NCBI GenBank assembly: GCA_964016885.1
Contig: OZ024742.1
Location: forward strand, 330,584,001-330,648,000
DNA from: Eledone cirrhosa
Lineage: Eukaryota
DNA: 64,000 nt
Direction of reading: 5' to 3'
Part shown: piece after piece, positions 44,468 through 57,703 of the stretch
How positions within the stretch are numbered: position 1 is the stretch's first letter
Layout of the letters: each line of letters starts with the position of its first letter
Program-made: the position numbers and the translations under genes
The notes under the pieces: model-generated
What the model was told of the DNA's origin: nothing
Seen by the model: only the letters and a program-made list of their open reading frames with translations
Databases searched by the model: none

Positions 44468-44510
44468 GTCAAAGTTATTTCGTCACACATTATGTGACCT
44501 CTTCAGTGAC
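44468..44510 (-). ncRNA. Minimal hammerhead ribozyme, family F
   Basis: The minus strand reads GTCA-CTGAAGA-G-GTCACA taatg TGTGAC-GAAA-taac-TT-TGAC. Confidence 0.8.
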
Positions 44511-44675
44511 TGGGGATTATTTTCTTCGTTTTTTGTGCCTTTCCTTTGTTCTGTCCTACGCAAGATGGCGGGTATCCAGGAAAATTCAATTTATTATAAT
44601 AAATTTATAAATTTAGGAATTTATAAATTTCCAGTTGGTTGTTTGGTTCCACAACCAGATGGTTCTTTATATATT

Positions 44676-44718
44676 GTCAAAGTTATTTCGTCACACACTA
44701 TGTGACCTCTTCAGTGAC
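44676..44718 (-). ncRNA. Minimal hammerhead ribozyme, family F (tandem copy, +208 bp)
   Basis: Same as 44468, with loop tagtg. Confidence 0.8.
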
Positions 44719-45615
44719 TGGGGATTATTTTCTTCGTTTTTTGTGCCTTTCCGTTGTTCTGTCCTACGCAAGATGGCGGGTATCCAGGAAAATTCGTATC
44801 TTTCACTTCAAAATACTTAAGAAGACTGAGAAATATGTGTTGTTGAACGCACATGTGTCACGGCCCCTAACTCGTCTCATACTCGTGCCGCTAAATATAG
44901 CAGCCGGTTTTATGGGACTAAAATTAGATCTACCTATGGAGCCGAGAATATCATATATTGAGTTATAAACTCAAAATAGTCTTTTACAATAAAATAATTC
45001 AAAGAAGGGAATATTTCCGAGCCGTGTAATACAAATGAATATATCAGGAATGAACACCGATACAAGTATACATGTGTTCGAATTGCAAATGACCAAGTTA
45101 GCTAGTTTGTATTATACTCTTGGAAATATTCCCTTCTTTGAGCTATTTAATTGTAAAAGACTATTTCGAGTTTATAACTCAATATATGATATTCTCGGCT
45201 ACATACGTAGCGCTAATTTTAGTCCCATAAAACCGGCTGCTATTTTTAGCGACACGAGTATGAGACGAGTTAGGCGCCGTGACACATGTGCGTTCAACAA
45301 CACTTATTTCTCAGTCTTCTTAAGTATTTTGAAGTGAAGTATACGAATTTTCCTTGATACCCGCAGCAGAGCACAGGGATAGTGACTTTCACTTAATAAT
45401 TTTTGCGAAACAAATTTATAATTTATCCGGGTATCACAGTCATTGCCAATATAGGTTTGTTATTTATATTGATTTATTATTTTAAATCGAGACAGGCAAA
45501 CCATATTATGCTAAATTAGTATTTTTCAACCTAGCTAACTTGGTCATTTGCAATTATAACACATATATACGTGTATCGGTGTTCATCCCTCATATATTCA
45601 TTTATATATTTAAAA

Positions 45616-45654
<39 letters not shown>

Positions 45655-45657
45655 TAC

Positions 45658-45950
45658 AATATGAAACGAAAAATGGGTGATGGTTCTGAACTCAATTTAT
45701 TGTGTGTTACAATTGTTTCACCAACGGACAGCTCGAGACGCGATCATTGTGTGGATCTGTCTGATTCTGGACAGGTTCGACGGACAGGTCTAATGATTTT
45801 GCATCATATTCTCTCACTGGAGTGAGAGAATATGCTCCGAAATCAAACAGATCCGGACAATGATCGCGTCTCGAGCTGTCCGTCGGCGAAACAATTGTAA
45901 CAGATAATAAATTGAGTTCAGATGCATCACTGATTTTTCGTTTTATATTA
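45658..45950. repeat. Fold-back element made of 3' halves of a family-J-related hammerhead, with a central 14-bp hairpin
   Basis: Both arms carry ..GAAA CAATTG TA ACA. The centre CATATTCTCTCACT gg AGTGAGAGAATATG lies at 45805-45834. Similar to 61460-61550. Confidence 0.7.
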
Positions 45951-46082
45951 AATCATACTCTGTTCTGTAAGAGCATAGAGTGCTAAACCAGCATACCGCC
46001 TATGTAAGCATCTTAGCTACCATCTGACACATGTATATATATATACATATATATACATATAAATATATGCATATAAATATAC

Positions 46083-46169
<87 letters not shown>

Positions 46170-46915
46170 CATAAATATACATATTCATATATGTACATAT
46201 TCTTATATATATATATACACATATATATGTTTGTGTCTGTGACTCTGTGTCTGTGTGCACGTGTGCGTGCGCACGCGTATGCGTGTTTGTGCGTGTGTGT
46301 TTATGTGTGAGTGTGACTCTCTAGATCAAAAATATTTAAATAGAAGATAAGGCATCAGGCACAGATGGATTTTAATTATGTAAGTTGATACAGTAACAAT
46401 TTATGTTTGTGAAAACTGCTTTCCACCATATTTGATGGTGTGTTGTATTGTCTTAATTAAGGTGATTTTAAATTGTTTCAGACGGATTAATTTCAAATAA
46501 TTCACAAAAAGATATATTGTTAGGTGAACATGGAATAAAGAAAAAAAGGCAGAAATAACCTGCATAAGTATGTTAATTAATAATCAATAATCCCCCCCCC
46601 CCGACACAAACATATGCATGTATACATATATATCTGTGTGTATATATATATATATATATATACGATATATAACAGGTTATTGAGAAGCAAACTAGTATTT
46701 TGTAGATACACATAGAAGAATTAATATATTAATGTAAATACAAACTTAAATGCTTACATCTATGGGTTAAAGTGCGCTATAGTTTCATAGACAGTTCTGT
46801 TTCTGTAAAGAAAAAAAAATAAATCGCAACCTTCGATCACAGTAATTAGAATCGATCACCAGTGATCGATGTTTTTAAACACCTAATTTCCTTCATCAGA
46901 ATATTATATTTTTTG

Positions 46916-46952
<37 letters not shown>

Positions 46953-47316
46953 CTGTCTTCCCACGATAGCACCTATACACATTTTTTCTCCTATTCCGTT
47001 CCCTTCCCTCTTTCTTCCTCTCTCCTCATCTTTTTCACCCCTGTTCTTCCTCCTGTCTCTCTCTTGTCATTTCTATATCCTTATTTCTCCCCCCTTTTCT
47101 CTCTTTCTCTCTCCTTTTCCACGTAGTCTTTTCATTAACAAAAGTCTCGGGCGCACCCGAACTACACCGATGTGCTGTAATTCAGCGCCGAAACATCGGT
47201 TCGGGAAACATTTACTGCTGACGATGGAAACTCCTTTCTTCCTTTCTCTCCTGTTCCGTCCTAACCACCATCCTAAACTTTCTTTTTAGTAACCATACAG
47301 CTCCTTTCGTTTCATA

Positions 47317-47379
<63 letters not shown>

Positions 47380-47382
<3 letters not shown>

Positions 47383-47575
47383 GGAACGAGTAGGACCCCG
47401 ACGGCTGAGCTCAAGCCGTTTCGACGGCTAATTCTGGACTCCAGAATTAGCCGTCGAAACGGCTTGAGCTCAGCCGTTGGGGTCCTACTCGTTCCTATTA
47501 CCCACTCTACTACCCTAAGTATTGAGTACTTTAGTGCGTTATGGTCCATCTGGTTCCTTACCACATTTCCTTCGT

Positions 47576-47577
<2 letters not shown>
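47380..47577. repeat. Fold-back half-hammerhead element, family K (other copies at 55734-55905 and 56380-56594)
   Basis: Palindrome of about 118 bp centred on tctggactccaga. The arm reads GAAA CGGC ttgagctca GCCG TC GGGG. Confidence 0.75.
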
Positions 47578-47621
<44 letters not shown>

Positions 47622-47658
47622 TATATTGTTATACTTTGGGAGGGTCATGTTGCCCGTC

Positions 47659-47796
<138 letters not shown>

Positions 47797-47899
47797 ATGT
47801 ATATACATATATATATTAATTACATTAAGATACTAGTCATCTACCATTGGAAGAGTTTTAACAATAATGTCTACATGGTGTAACATAATGAATGCTAAA

Positions 47900-49525
47900 A
47901 AGAGCGCAAGACGAATTCATGTTAGACAACTGAAAGTAATTTAGACAAATTAGGAGCAGGAATAACGTAATGTTAGGTTTAATCAATACATATAAAAACT
48001 ATATGAAAAATGTTTCTCGGTACAAATATCAATAAACATCTGTTCAGAGCACCTATAATCGATAATTTGTAATCGATACTAATTTTTGTGATCGAAGGTT
48101 AGCATACCCTTTTTTTATTTAAATAGACACAGATCTGTGAATGGAAGTATAGTAAACTTGTCTTTGAGAGAGCCTTATATTACACGTAAGAATCTTAATG
48201 ATGATTTCATTAATAAACCACCATACAGACTCATAAAACCTACCAAATTGAATTATGGTTTGTTAATAAGCAAAAACTAAAAAAAAATAATATAGCTATC
48301 TTAAACAGTGAAAGAATACCCAAGTGTTATTAATTGGTTTAAAGTCCCCCAAAACTCTAAGAATGCTTGGTTTACACAATTTGGATATAGTTGACTTTCA
48401 TCTTTCGAAACCAAGGACCTTACTTGAGAGCTTCGATTTCGCTAGCAATTTAACTAACATATAGCATTTAGACTGATTAGTAATATACCATTACAGGAAA
48501 TTCCTCCTCTTTAATAATGGGGCTCCCTGGATATAACGAAACCCACTCACAATGAACTATTCGGTGAACCGACTGGATCATTTGACAGTACCGATATAAT
48601 CGATGTGGTGGGCCTTTTTTCTTTGTACGTAAAACATTCCCTGACTTCTATACGGACCTATATTTTGATGATGGCGTGGCATTATCAAGCCGTACGTGTG
48701 GACATGTCATCGAAACACTTAGAAAATAAGAGATAAAAAAACTGATTAATATCTTAAACAATCTAGGACTATTAATTAACATATGTACGACACACGTCAG
48801 TATTAACTTCCTAGACGCTAGTTTAGACCTACGTACACACACATTCGGACCATTAAATAAATTCAGTGAGAAACATAGGTACATGCATAAGGACATTACT
48901 AACACCATATAGTTTATCAGAAGAGGGTATAAAATATCGCTTCTAGCAAAGACATCTTTAGCAATGCAGCCTCCTACTATAACCAAGCTCTAAGCAACAG
49001 CAGCTTCCCCGTGACAATCATTTACTCTCCAAATCACAGCGCTATATGTAGCAAGAAGAATATCTAGTCATAATGTCATCGTGTGGTTTGGGCCACCATT
49101 TGCGCTCAACGTGAAGACTGAAGTAGGCAGAACATCCTATCCGTCTTAGAGGTTCACTTCCCTGTAGGACATATTTACCAGTAAATATTCCACGTCACAC
49201 AGTGAACATATGCTACTCTACTCTTCTAACAAAAACATAAAATCCCACAACACGAACAAACGAAAAAGCCTTCCACCTTACGGATGTTCAGACTGAATGC
49301 CAGAAGCATGGCCCTCCTTGCTCAACCGTGTAATACACCCGCGGTGATATATGAAACAGAAATTCTGCAGGGAGGATATTTGGTTGGCTGTGCTTCGTCC
49401 GGGGAGAAACAGTCACAGTTCATCAACAAACTTGGACTACACAATCTCCTTACATCACTTTGACAGACCCTTAGAATAGACACCACAGATGAGGCTTAAG
49501 AAGGAGATCCCTATACATGCACCTA
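47900..49525 (+). pseudogene. Heavily decayed PLE RT, same type as ORF 13900..15567
   Basis: Remnants FINKPPYRLIKPT, TGSFDSTDIIDVVGLF, YFDDG, NFLDASLDL, WFGPPFALNVKT. Confidence 0.75.
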
Positions 49526-49740
49526 TGTATATATATATATATATAAGAAGTAACAAACACAGTGAGTTCACCATACCGAGAAAAATTGTTTCACCTTATG
49601 AAACAATTGTTCTCGGTATGGTGATCTAAATGCTTTGTGTTATTACCTCTACCAAATACGTCCCATGGACTGAGCCCTCTTCCACTACGGATATTAGCTT
49701 CCAGTGTTCTACTTCTCTCTCTTTCCGTCTCTCTCACACG

Positions 49741-49821
<81 letters not shown>

Positions 49822-49822
<1 letters not shown>

Positions 49823-50506
49823 TATCTGAGTGAGTTTCTTGGTCAGTGTCCAAGTCTCAGACCCATACAGCAGCACTGACTCCACTACAGCAATGAAGAG
49901 GCGGATTTTAAGGTCTTTACGAAGGTCCGACTTCCACACCGATCTCAACCTGTGGCACGCCGCCCAGGCTTTGCTCTTCCTCTCAACCACATCATCTTCC
50001 GTATTCCCAATTTTTGCTCCCAAATACAGGAAGTCCTCAACCAATTCCAGCGGATTCCCGCCTACATTAGTGATCCCCTCTGGCTTCTCAACATTCTCTA
50101 CCAGATATTTTGTTTTAGTCTCATTAATTCTCAGCCCCACACTCAGATGGTGGATGGGTGCTACACGAGAATGCTGAGGGTGGCTCTGAACATTAATCAG
50201 TATACACTGAGGGTGAAAAACTCAGAGCTGTATGGGAGCATCACAAAAGTCAGCTCAAAAGTGACACATAGGCGACTGAGGTTGGCTGGACATGCTCACC
50301 GACATCCAGAGTTGATATTGCACTCAGTACTCCTTTGGGAGCCCCTACATGGACACACTAGAAGTGGAAGACCAAGGTTAACGTATGTTGATGACCTAAG
50401 GACAGACACTGGTCTGTTGGAGACGCAGGACATGGTTGCGGTAATGAGGGACAGAGACCGCTGGAGAGAACTCGTCCATGGATATCTGGAATTTTACCCG
50501 CCTTAG
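49822..50506. mobile_element. RTE-type LINE 3' fragment with 5' inversion (minus 49822-50139, plus 50140-50506)
   Basis: The minus part GLRINETKT..FLYLG..LLYGSETWTLTKKLTQ continues as the plus part TQMVDGCYTRMLR..RLRLAGHAHR. (TA)n on both sides. Confidence 0.88.
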
Positions 50507-50657
50507 ATATATATATATATATATATATGGAGAGTTATATTTAAATTGTTGTGTTACAACTAGTAAATATTTATAACTGATATAAAAGCACTCGACAAAT
50601 ATTTGGAGTATATTTACAATATTAAATAAATGGAAACTATATTTATAAAACCATATT

Positions 50658-50723
50658 TATTTCATTATATATATTTCAGGGATAACATATTAACAATATG
50701 CTATGCCTTCCTCAGACAAAATA
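50658..50723 (-). ncRNA. Type-I hammerhead ribozyme, family A (N7=G)
   Basis: Mirror of 50854-50919. Confidence 0.75.
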
Positions 50724-50853
50724 CAATATAAACAGTTTTATAGATAAATAGATAAATAGATTCGACATACCGTACCAACATCTACTTGCAAGTAGATGTT
50801 GGTACGGTATGTCGAATCTATTTATCTATTTATCTATAAAACTGTTTATATTG

Positions 50854-50919
50854 TATTTTGTCTGAGGAAGGCATAGCATATTGTTAATATGTTATCCCTG
50901 AAATATATATAATGAAATA
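50854..50919 (+). ncRNA. Type-I hammerhead ribozyme, family A (N7=G)
   Basis: tattttgt-CTGAGGA-agg..cct-GAAA-tatata-TA-atgaaata. Confidence 0.75.
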
Positions 50920-51296
50920 AATATGGTTTTATAAATATAGTTTCCATTTATTTAATATTGTATATATATATATATATATATATTTGTGTGTGTGCGTGTG
51001 TGCGTGTGTGTGTGTGTGTTCGCGCGTCCGTTGAACTCTACATGCTTGTTTGTATCTGGCTGGTTCCACAGGCATGATGCTATTTTTGTTGTGTTAACAC
51101 TAGTCTGAGTGTCAGGCAGGCTTGGAGTCTGGTGTGGGGCACCTTCCCATATAACGAGCCAGCTTGAGAGACATTTTTAACCAGGCTTGAGCAATAAATC
51201 GCATATGTAACACTTACTCCTTGTTCTTATTATATACGCTCTGCGCTGCATCGAGTGATGACTTTGGTACCCTCACAATTTTGCTTCGGATTTAGC

Positions 51297-51399
<103 letters not shown>

Positions 51400-51472
51400 A
51401 TATATATGTGTGTGTGTGTTTTTACAACATGAAAATAATGTGCGTTCGGTAACTATCTGCATATATAAATTC

Positions 51473-51552
<80 letters not shown>

Positions 51553-51558
51553 ATGTGT

Positions 51559-51641
<83 letters not shown>

Positions 51642-52212
51642 TGTGTGCGTGTGTGATGTGTGTGCTGGTGGGGACGTCAATATTTATTTTTATAATTTTT
51701 CTTTAACATGTAATATTATACCCGGGTCGTCTAATTAAATATCCTATCATTACTGATTATTTGATGAATCACTGCGCCGCATGTAACTACGCTGGATATT
51801 TTGCCGGATGTACATGATATCGCCTGCGGCCTGACGAAAACCTTTCCGTGTTAAAGCATACAATTACAACTCTTACTTATCTACGGATATATACATATCA
51901 ATTAGAACCAATAACCTCTTCCTCATTGTTTGCAATGTATGTACTAATAACATAATAAGATATCGATCAGAAATAAATAAGATTTCAATAAAAATGTTAT
52001 TGATTGCATATGACCAACACATTCGTACCCAGACATTTTCAAAAGTCATGCAATTTATCTGGATAAAAACGATAGTTTTAGAGTAAGTTGATGTCTGGAA
52101 TAAACATACAGATTTATGTAATAAGGGAAATTGTGTGCAGTGATGAGATATTGTTATTTGTATTAATTTTCTCGAAACTTTTCGATTCTGTGCTTGTTAT
52201 TTATCTTAAAAG

Positions 52213-52589
52213 GGCGGTGGTTTGGCAGTATCGGTAGAGCGTCAGACACCATTCTTTACAGCATAGAGTTATGGCACTTTGTGTTCTGAATTCAAATCCG
52301 ACAAAGGTAACTTTGCCTTTCATCCTTACGGGGGTCGATAAAATAAAGTGCCAGTGATGCCCTGGGATAATCGCTGACCTTGTGCCAAAATTAGAAACCC
52401 TATGGGCGGTGGATTGGCAGTATCGGTAGAGTGTCGGATGCAATGCTTTGCAGCATAGAGTTATGTCCCTGTATGTTCTGAGTTCAAATCTCGCTAGGTA
52501 AACTTTGCCTTTCATCCTTACGAGGTGGATACAATAAAGTACCAGTATGCACCTAGATAATTTTGGGCCCTGTGCCAAAAGTAGAAACA
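52213..52589 (+). mobile_element. Head-to-tail dimer of the tRNA-derived SINE within a single 17-bp TSD
   Basis: Two units, each with tggcagtatcgg and ttcaaatc. TSD gttatttatcttaaaag at 52196-52212 and 52590-52606. Confidence 0.88.
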
Positions 52590-55581
52590 GTTATTTATCT
52601 TAAAAGAGGGGATGAGATCTTAACCGCTCACCATCTAGTTATCTGGAGCTTGACACTAATGAAAGTGAAGATACCCCACAAGACAGGTAGGTCTATCTAG
52701 ACTCAAATGATAAAAGGTGAAGAACTCACTGATAGAGGGGTCAGGTCTTGGTAGACAGAATCATTAGCATTAAAATCAAGCCAAATTCCTGAACAAACAG
52801 AAGAAGTGGAAACGGATTGAGACAGCTTCACTTCTCATTTTATGGTTCAATTAAATTTTGCAGGCAAAACGGCACGGTGGGGTTTCAGAAATCAGGAGGT
52901 TAAAAAAGGGGGCTTCCAAAACTTGTTTTCTTTATTGCACCCACAATATAAGAAGGCGCGAAATGTCACATCAGGTACCGTAAAGGCCTCTAAAGTTAAG
53001 ATATAGGGGGACCTTAGAGATATGACCGAACCAAACTCCGTTCAAAAAACAACGTATTCAAGTAGAGCATCTGAAGAATTCGCAATGTGAAATCTCTTTG
53101 AATACCTGCTATCAGAAACTCGTTCGGTAATCTTCCGTCTAATATGTCGTGTATCGACGTGAGGTGGAAACAATATTTTGCTGATTTGCTAAATCACTTT
53201 GCAACTACATCTGTTGGTGTATATGAAGTGCATTTACGGAGGATGTCTACCTTGGTACATACTGAGTACATCAGAAAATGTATTTCGTTAAAATGTGGCA
53301 AGGCGTCTGGGGAGGATTAGATACAGTTAGAGATGTGATAAGCTTTAAATAGAGAAGGCGGTCTCTTGTGTTTTCGTGAATACACCGTTGCTTTGAATCT
53401 CTTGGAATAAACGAAACCAAATGCAGTCAGGTGTGATATCCCAATTTGCTAAAAGGTTGACAAGAATAAATGCTCTAATAAAAGAGTCATTACCTGCAAA
53501 ATCTATGCATAGTGTCTAGCAAGAAATGTGGTGTCCAGGTCACTGACTCGGAGAAGACTTCGACAAATTGTGAGAGCATTGCCAACAGTTATTCGTTTGG
53601 CTGCACTGGGAAAGGTATAGGACTGCGTTTAATAGGATTTGTTATTGAATGTTCCAGAAGAGTATAGGATCGATGGACAGTGCTTCTTGATTTGAAATCT
53701 ATATAGGAATAGCCTAGTATTTGTGTTTGAATAAATGTTGCTAAGTCAAAGCCATTTAATAGATTTAAAAGTATCTACCAATTGTACGTATTGTCACCTC
53801 TCCTGTTTATAGTCTAACTGAACGGGGCTGACAGCGCATCTAGTTGGGAGGTGCTTTGAAACTCAGTCGGTCTATGATCAGGCGGCTGCAATTTGGTTCT
53901 ATGTGTCAGATATTAATTTGGAGAATGCGAGAAATTAATGCTAGAAATTATGTAAACACGACCGGTGAAACAATGGTTAATTACATGTTAAATTATAACA
54001 ATGTTTGAAAGAAAACATTTAATTCCTTTTTTTAGAATCCTCGCTTACTAATCAAACAAGATGTGGATGTCATTTCTCAGATATAGATTATACCATTCTT
54101 TGCTATTCTGCAGAAGGCACAGGGGCAGATGTTATGATGTGGTGCTAAAAATCGCAATAGAGTAGTTACCTTATTTCAACCAGGTGAACACAAGTACGGC
54201 AGCACTAAAGGTTAACGCTGTGAGGCCACTATTGTATTCATGGGGAAGTCTCTTAATACTTGTCAGTTAAGGTCGATGAAACCGGCCACCTTGGTACGAA
54301 TCTTAAAATAAATATACTATTTGAAACATTCCTAATATATTTCGAACCTCCAAAGTTATATTAACTTGTACGGTAAACAAAATAATCTTGCCACAACTAG
54401 ACATAATGTGAGCGTTATTTAGGAACACCATTATTTTCTGATTGTGAAGGCAATCACAGCATTTGTTGTACAGCCACGAGGCTTTGTTATGCAGTAATTG
54501 AGAATACATATGTTTTCATGATCTTCCGAAAAAAGTGCGAATGATGTTCAGAGGAAGATTTCATTAGTAACATATAGGAATAACTAAGCCACATATTCTG
54601 CTTGTGGGATTTGGATAAATGAGGGATATAAAACTCCATACTTCTGATGACTGTCTATAACACTATAAATGGACTCTGATAATTCAGGCACATCACATTC
54701 CCTGTTGTGGCAAATACATGGGCACTGCATGTCCAAACGTTTTGAGGCTTCCATTAAACATGTTATGATTGCGATAGAAAGTTCATAATTCAAAATATTT
54801 AAAGATATCAACCAATCAACAAATATTCCTTAACAATGTGCCAACAACTCAGGTACGGACGTCGCAAAACACCTTGAAACAGCCATATCCTCCTCAATAT
54901 TGTCTACATTATAATAAGGATCAGTCAGAAATAACCATAATACGGTTGTCGGAACCAAGACTGCAATTTCCACTAAACAGTCCACAATTAACAGACCCAA
55001 GTCTTGTAACAGAGCACAACACCATATGACTCTCTAAAATTGTTTGGCATATTTCCACCTTCCCTCAAGACTTCGAGCAAAATTTAACTTTAAAAATATT
55101 TGTAGTAGCTGAAAGTTAGACTGGGATATAGTAAAGTGCTAGCATTCCCATTTTGAAAATGCATGTAAATATAACACATCTATTACAGAAGATGATTGTA
55201 AGGAAGGAAAGTAAATAAGATATTCTAAATTGGGGTGGAGAATTGGTAAGGATTGTAAGAAGTCGGAGAGTTGTATTTTTAATGACTGTCAAATGGAACG
55301 TAAAATAAGAAATGCGCCACTCCTCATTCAGTAATGGTTTCATAGAGCAATTTCGTTTGATATTTTAAATGTAGAATTTCTTATTCATTCATTCATGAAA
55401 TATTTGTTCGAATCACCGGAATATGCACACAATGAATAAATAAATAAAAATTAGTGATAGTAAAAAATAAGTACATTCGACGTACTATAGGCGTTTAAAA
55501 AAGCGTATACAAATACAATTACGTACATGTATAGAGGCACACATACATGTGTGCGTAGGTATATAAATATGTTTATACTTG

Positions 55582-55731
<150 letters not shown>

Positions 55732-55733
55732 TA

Positions 55734-55905
55734 TAACGAACGCAATGTGGTAAGGAACCAGGTGGACCATCGCGCACCAAAGTACTCAATACTTAGGGTA
55801 GTAGAGTGGGTAATAGGAACGAGTACGACCCCCCGCGTCTAAGCTCAAGCCGTTTCGACGGCTAATTCTGGACTAGAATTAGCCGTCGGGGTGCTACTCG
55901 TTCCT
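55734..55905. repeat. Family K fold-back element (partly deleted arm)
   Basis: Homologous to 47380-47577 in reverse orientation. TA flanks. Confidence 0.75.
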
Positions 55906-55920
55906 ATATATATATGTATA

Positions 55921-56077
<157 letters not shown>

Positions 56078-56106
56078 ATATACATATATACTAGTAAAAT
56101 GAGGTA

Positions 56107-56194
56107 TCCTCTTGATAAGTCGGCAGACCTCGCAAGGACTCTATATCTTTGATATATTGTTTTTGTTTATGCCACGAAACTACGTAGTCGAGGA
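56107..56194 (+). ncRNA. Type-I hammerhead ribozyme, family B (U3-A8), in ~175-bp solo cassette 56091-56265
   Basis: TCCTC-TTGATAA-GT..AC-GAAA-CTACGTAG-TC-GAGGA. Confidence 0.8.
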
Positions 56195-56266
56195 ATTTAG
56201 GAACAGTTTAGGTACGATACATTTTATTACTAATTATATCTAAATGTTTCTTCTCTCTTCATAATG

Positions 56267-56624
<358 letters not shown>

Positions 56625-56629
56625 TTATG

Positions 56630-56725
<96 letters not shown>

Positions 56726-57094
56726 TATATATATATAGGTATGTACATATATATATAAATGGTTATTTTACAAAAGTTGTTTACACAACAAGCTTTCGGT
56801 GAATACCATGTTGGTATATGTATATATTTTTTCATTGACCTCGCGTCGGTGTGTGTGAGTGTGTTTGTACCTACTCACATTAACTGTGACCCACTGTAAA
56901 TCTACAGATTTGATTGATGTCCGGCGTCTTTTACAGCTATTGGGAGATAGAGACTTGATAGTTTTATGACCCTAACTGAGGACAATAGCAGTCGCCTTGT
57001 TTTGACTGATTGATCTTCATATGAGAGACTAAACTCTGTGAGTGAACATCGTTAATTTTCTCCCCCCTATCAAGGATTTGAAGACAATTCATTT

Positions 57095-57168
57095 TCACCT
57101 GACGAGTTCAGTGATAATCGACCATGGCTACACGATCGATCTATCTCTTATTGAAACATGTGTCGTGA
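57095..57168 (+). ncRNA. Type-I hammerhead ribozyme, family H (long irregular stem II)
   Basis: TCAC-CTGACGA-[gata atcga..tcgat c tatc]-GAAA-CATGTG-TC-GTGA; GUC triplet. Confidence 0.7.
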
Positions 57169-57354
57169 TTAAAATTATTAGAAATATATACCAAGGCTTC
57201 GGATCTTTATTTTGAGACAAATACTCCGTTTTACATCATCTAGCTGTTCCCATAAATGGAATTGGAGATATACAAAAGCGTGCAGAACTTAATATTACTA
57301 ACAACATTTTATTGGACCGTTTGACACAACCAATAATACACCTTACTATATAAC

Positions 57355-57443
<89 letters not shown>

Positions 57444-57536
57444 CACACACACATATATGTATGTATGTACGTATGTATGTATGTATGTATGCATGTATGT
57501 ATGTATGTGTATGTATGTATATATATATATGTATGA

Positions 57537-57636
<100 letters not shown>

Positions 57637-57641
57637 TTATG

Positions 57642-57703
<62 letters not shown>

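Larger units (their letters stand above)
44316..45605 (-). mobile_element. Non-coding family-F element: two tandem 208-bp HHR units followed by ~255-bp inverted repeats
   Basis: Units at about 44379-44586 and 44587-44795. Inverted repeat 44778-45034 / 45105-45363. 45530-45603 is the reverse complement of about 45032-45105. Confidence 0.8.
50615..50962. repeat. Perfect spacer-less 348-bp palindrome of the family-A terminal repeat
   Basis: Centre ttg|caa at 50788/50789. The arms are mirror-identical where checked. Confidence 0.9.

Noticed and set aside
47155-47206. gctg taatt cagc gcc GAAA catcgg TT cggg, a possible half-hammerhead
   Set aside because: Single copy with no CUGANGA upstream; too weak to call.
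52620-55030. Higher-complexity stretch that may be an old LINE or transposon
   Set aside because: No unambiguous motif was recovered in any frame.
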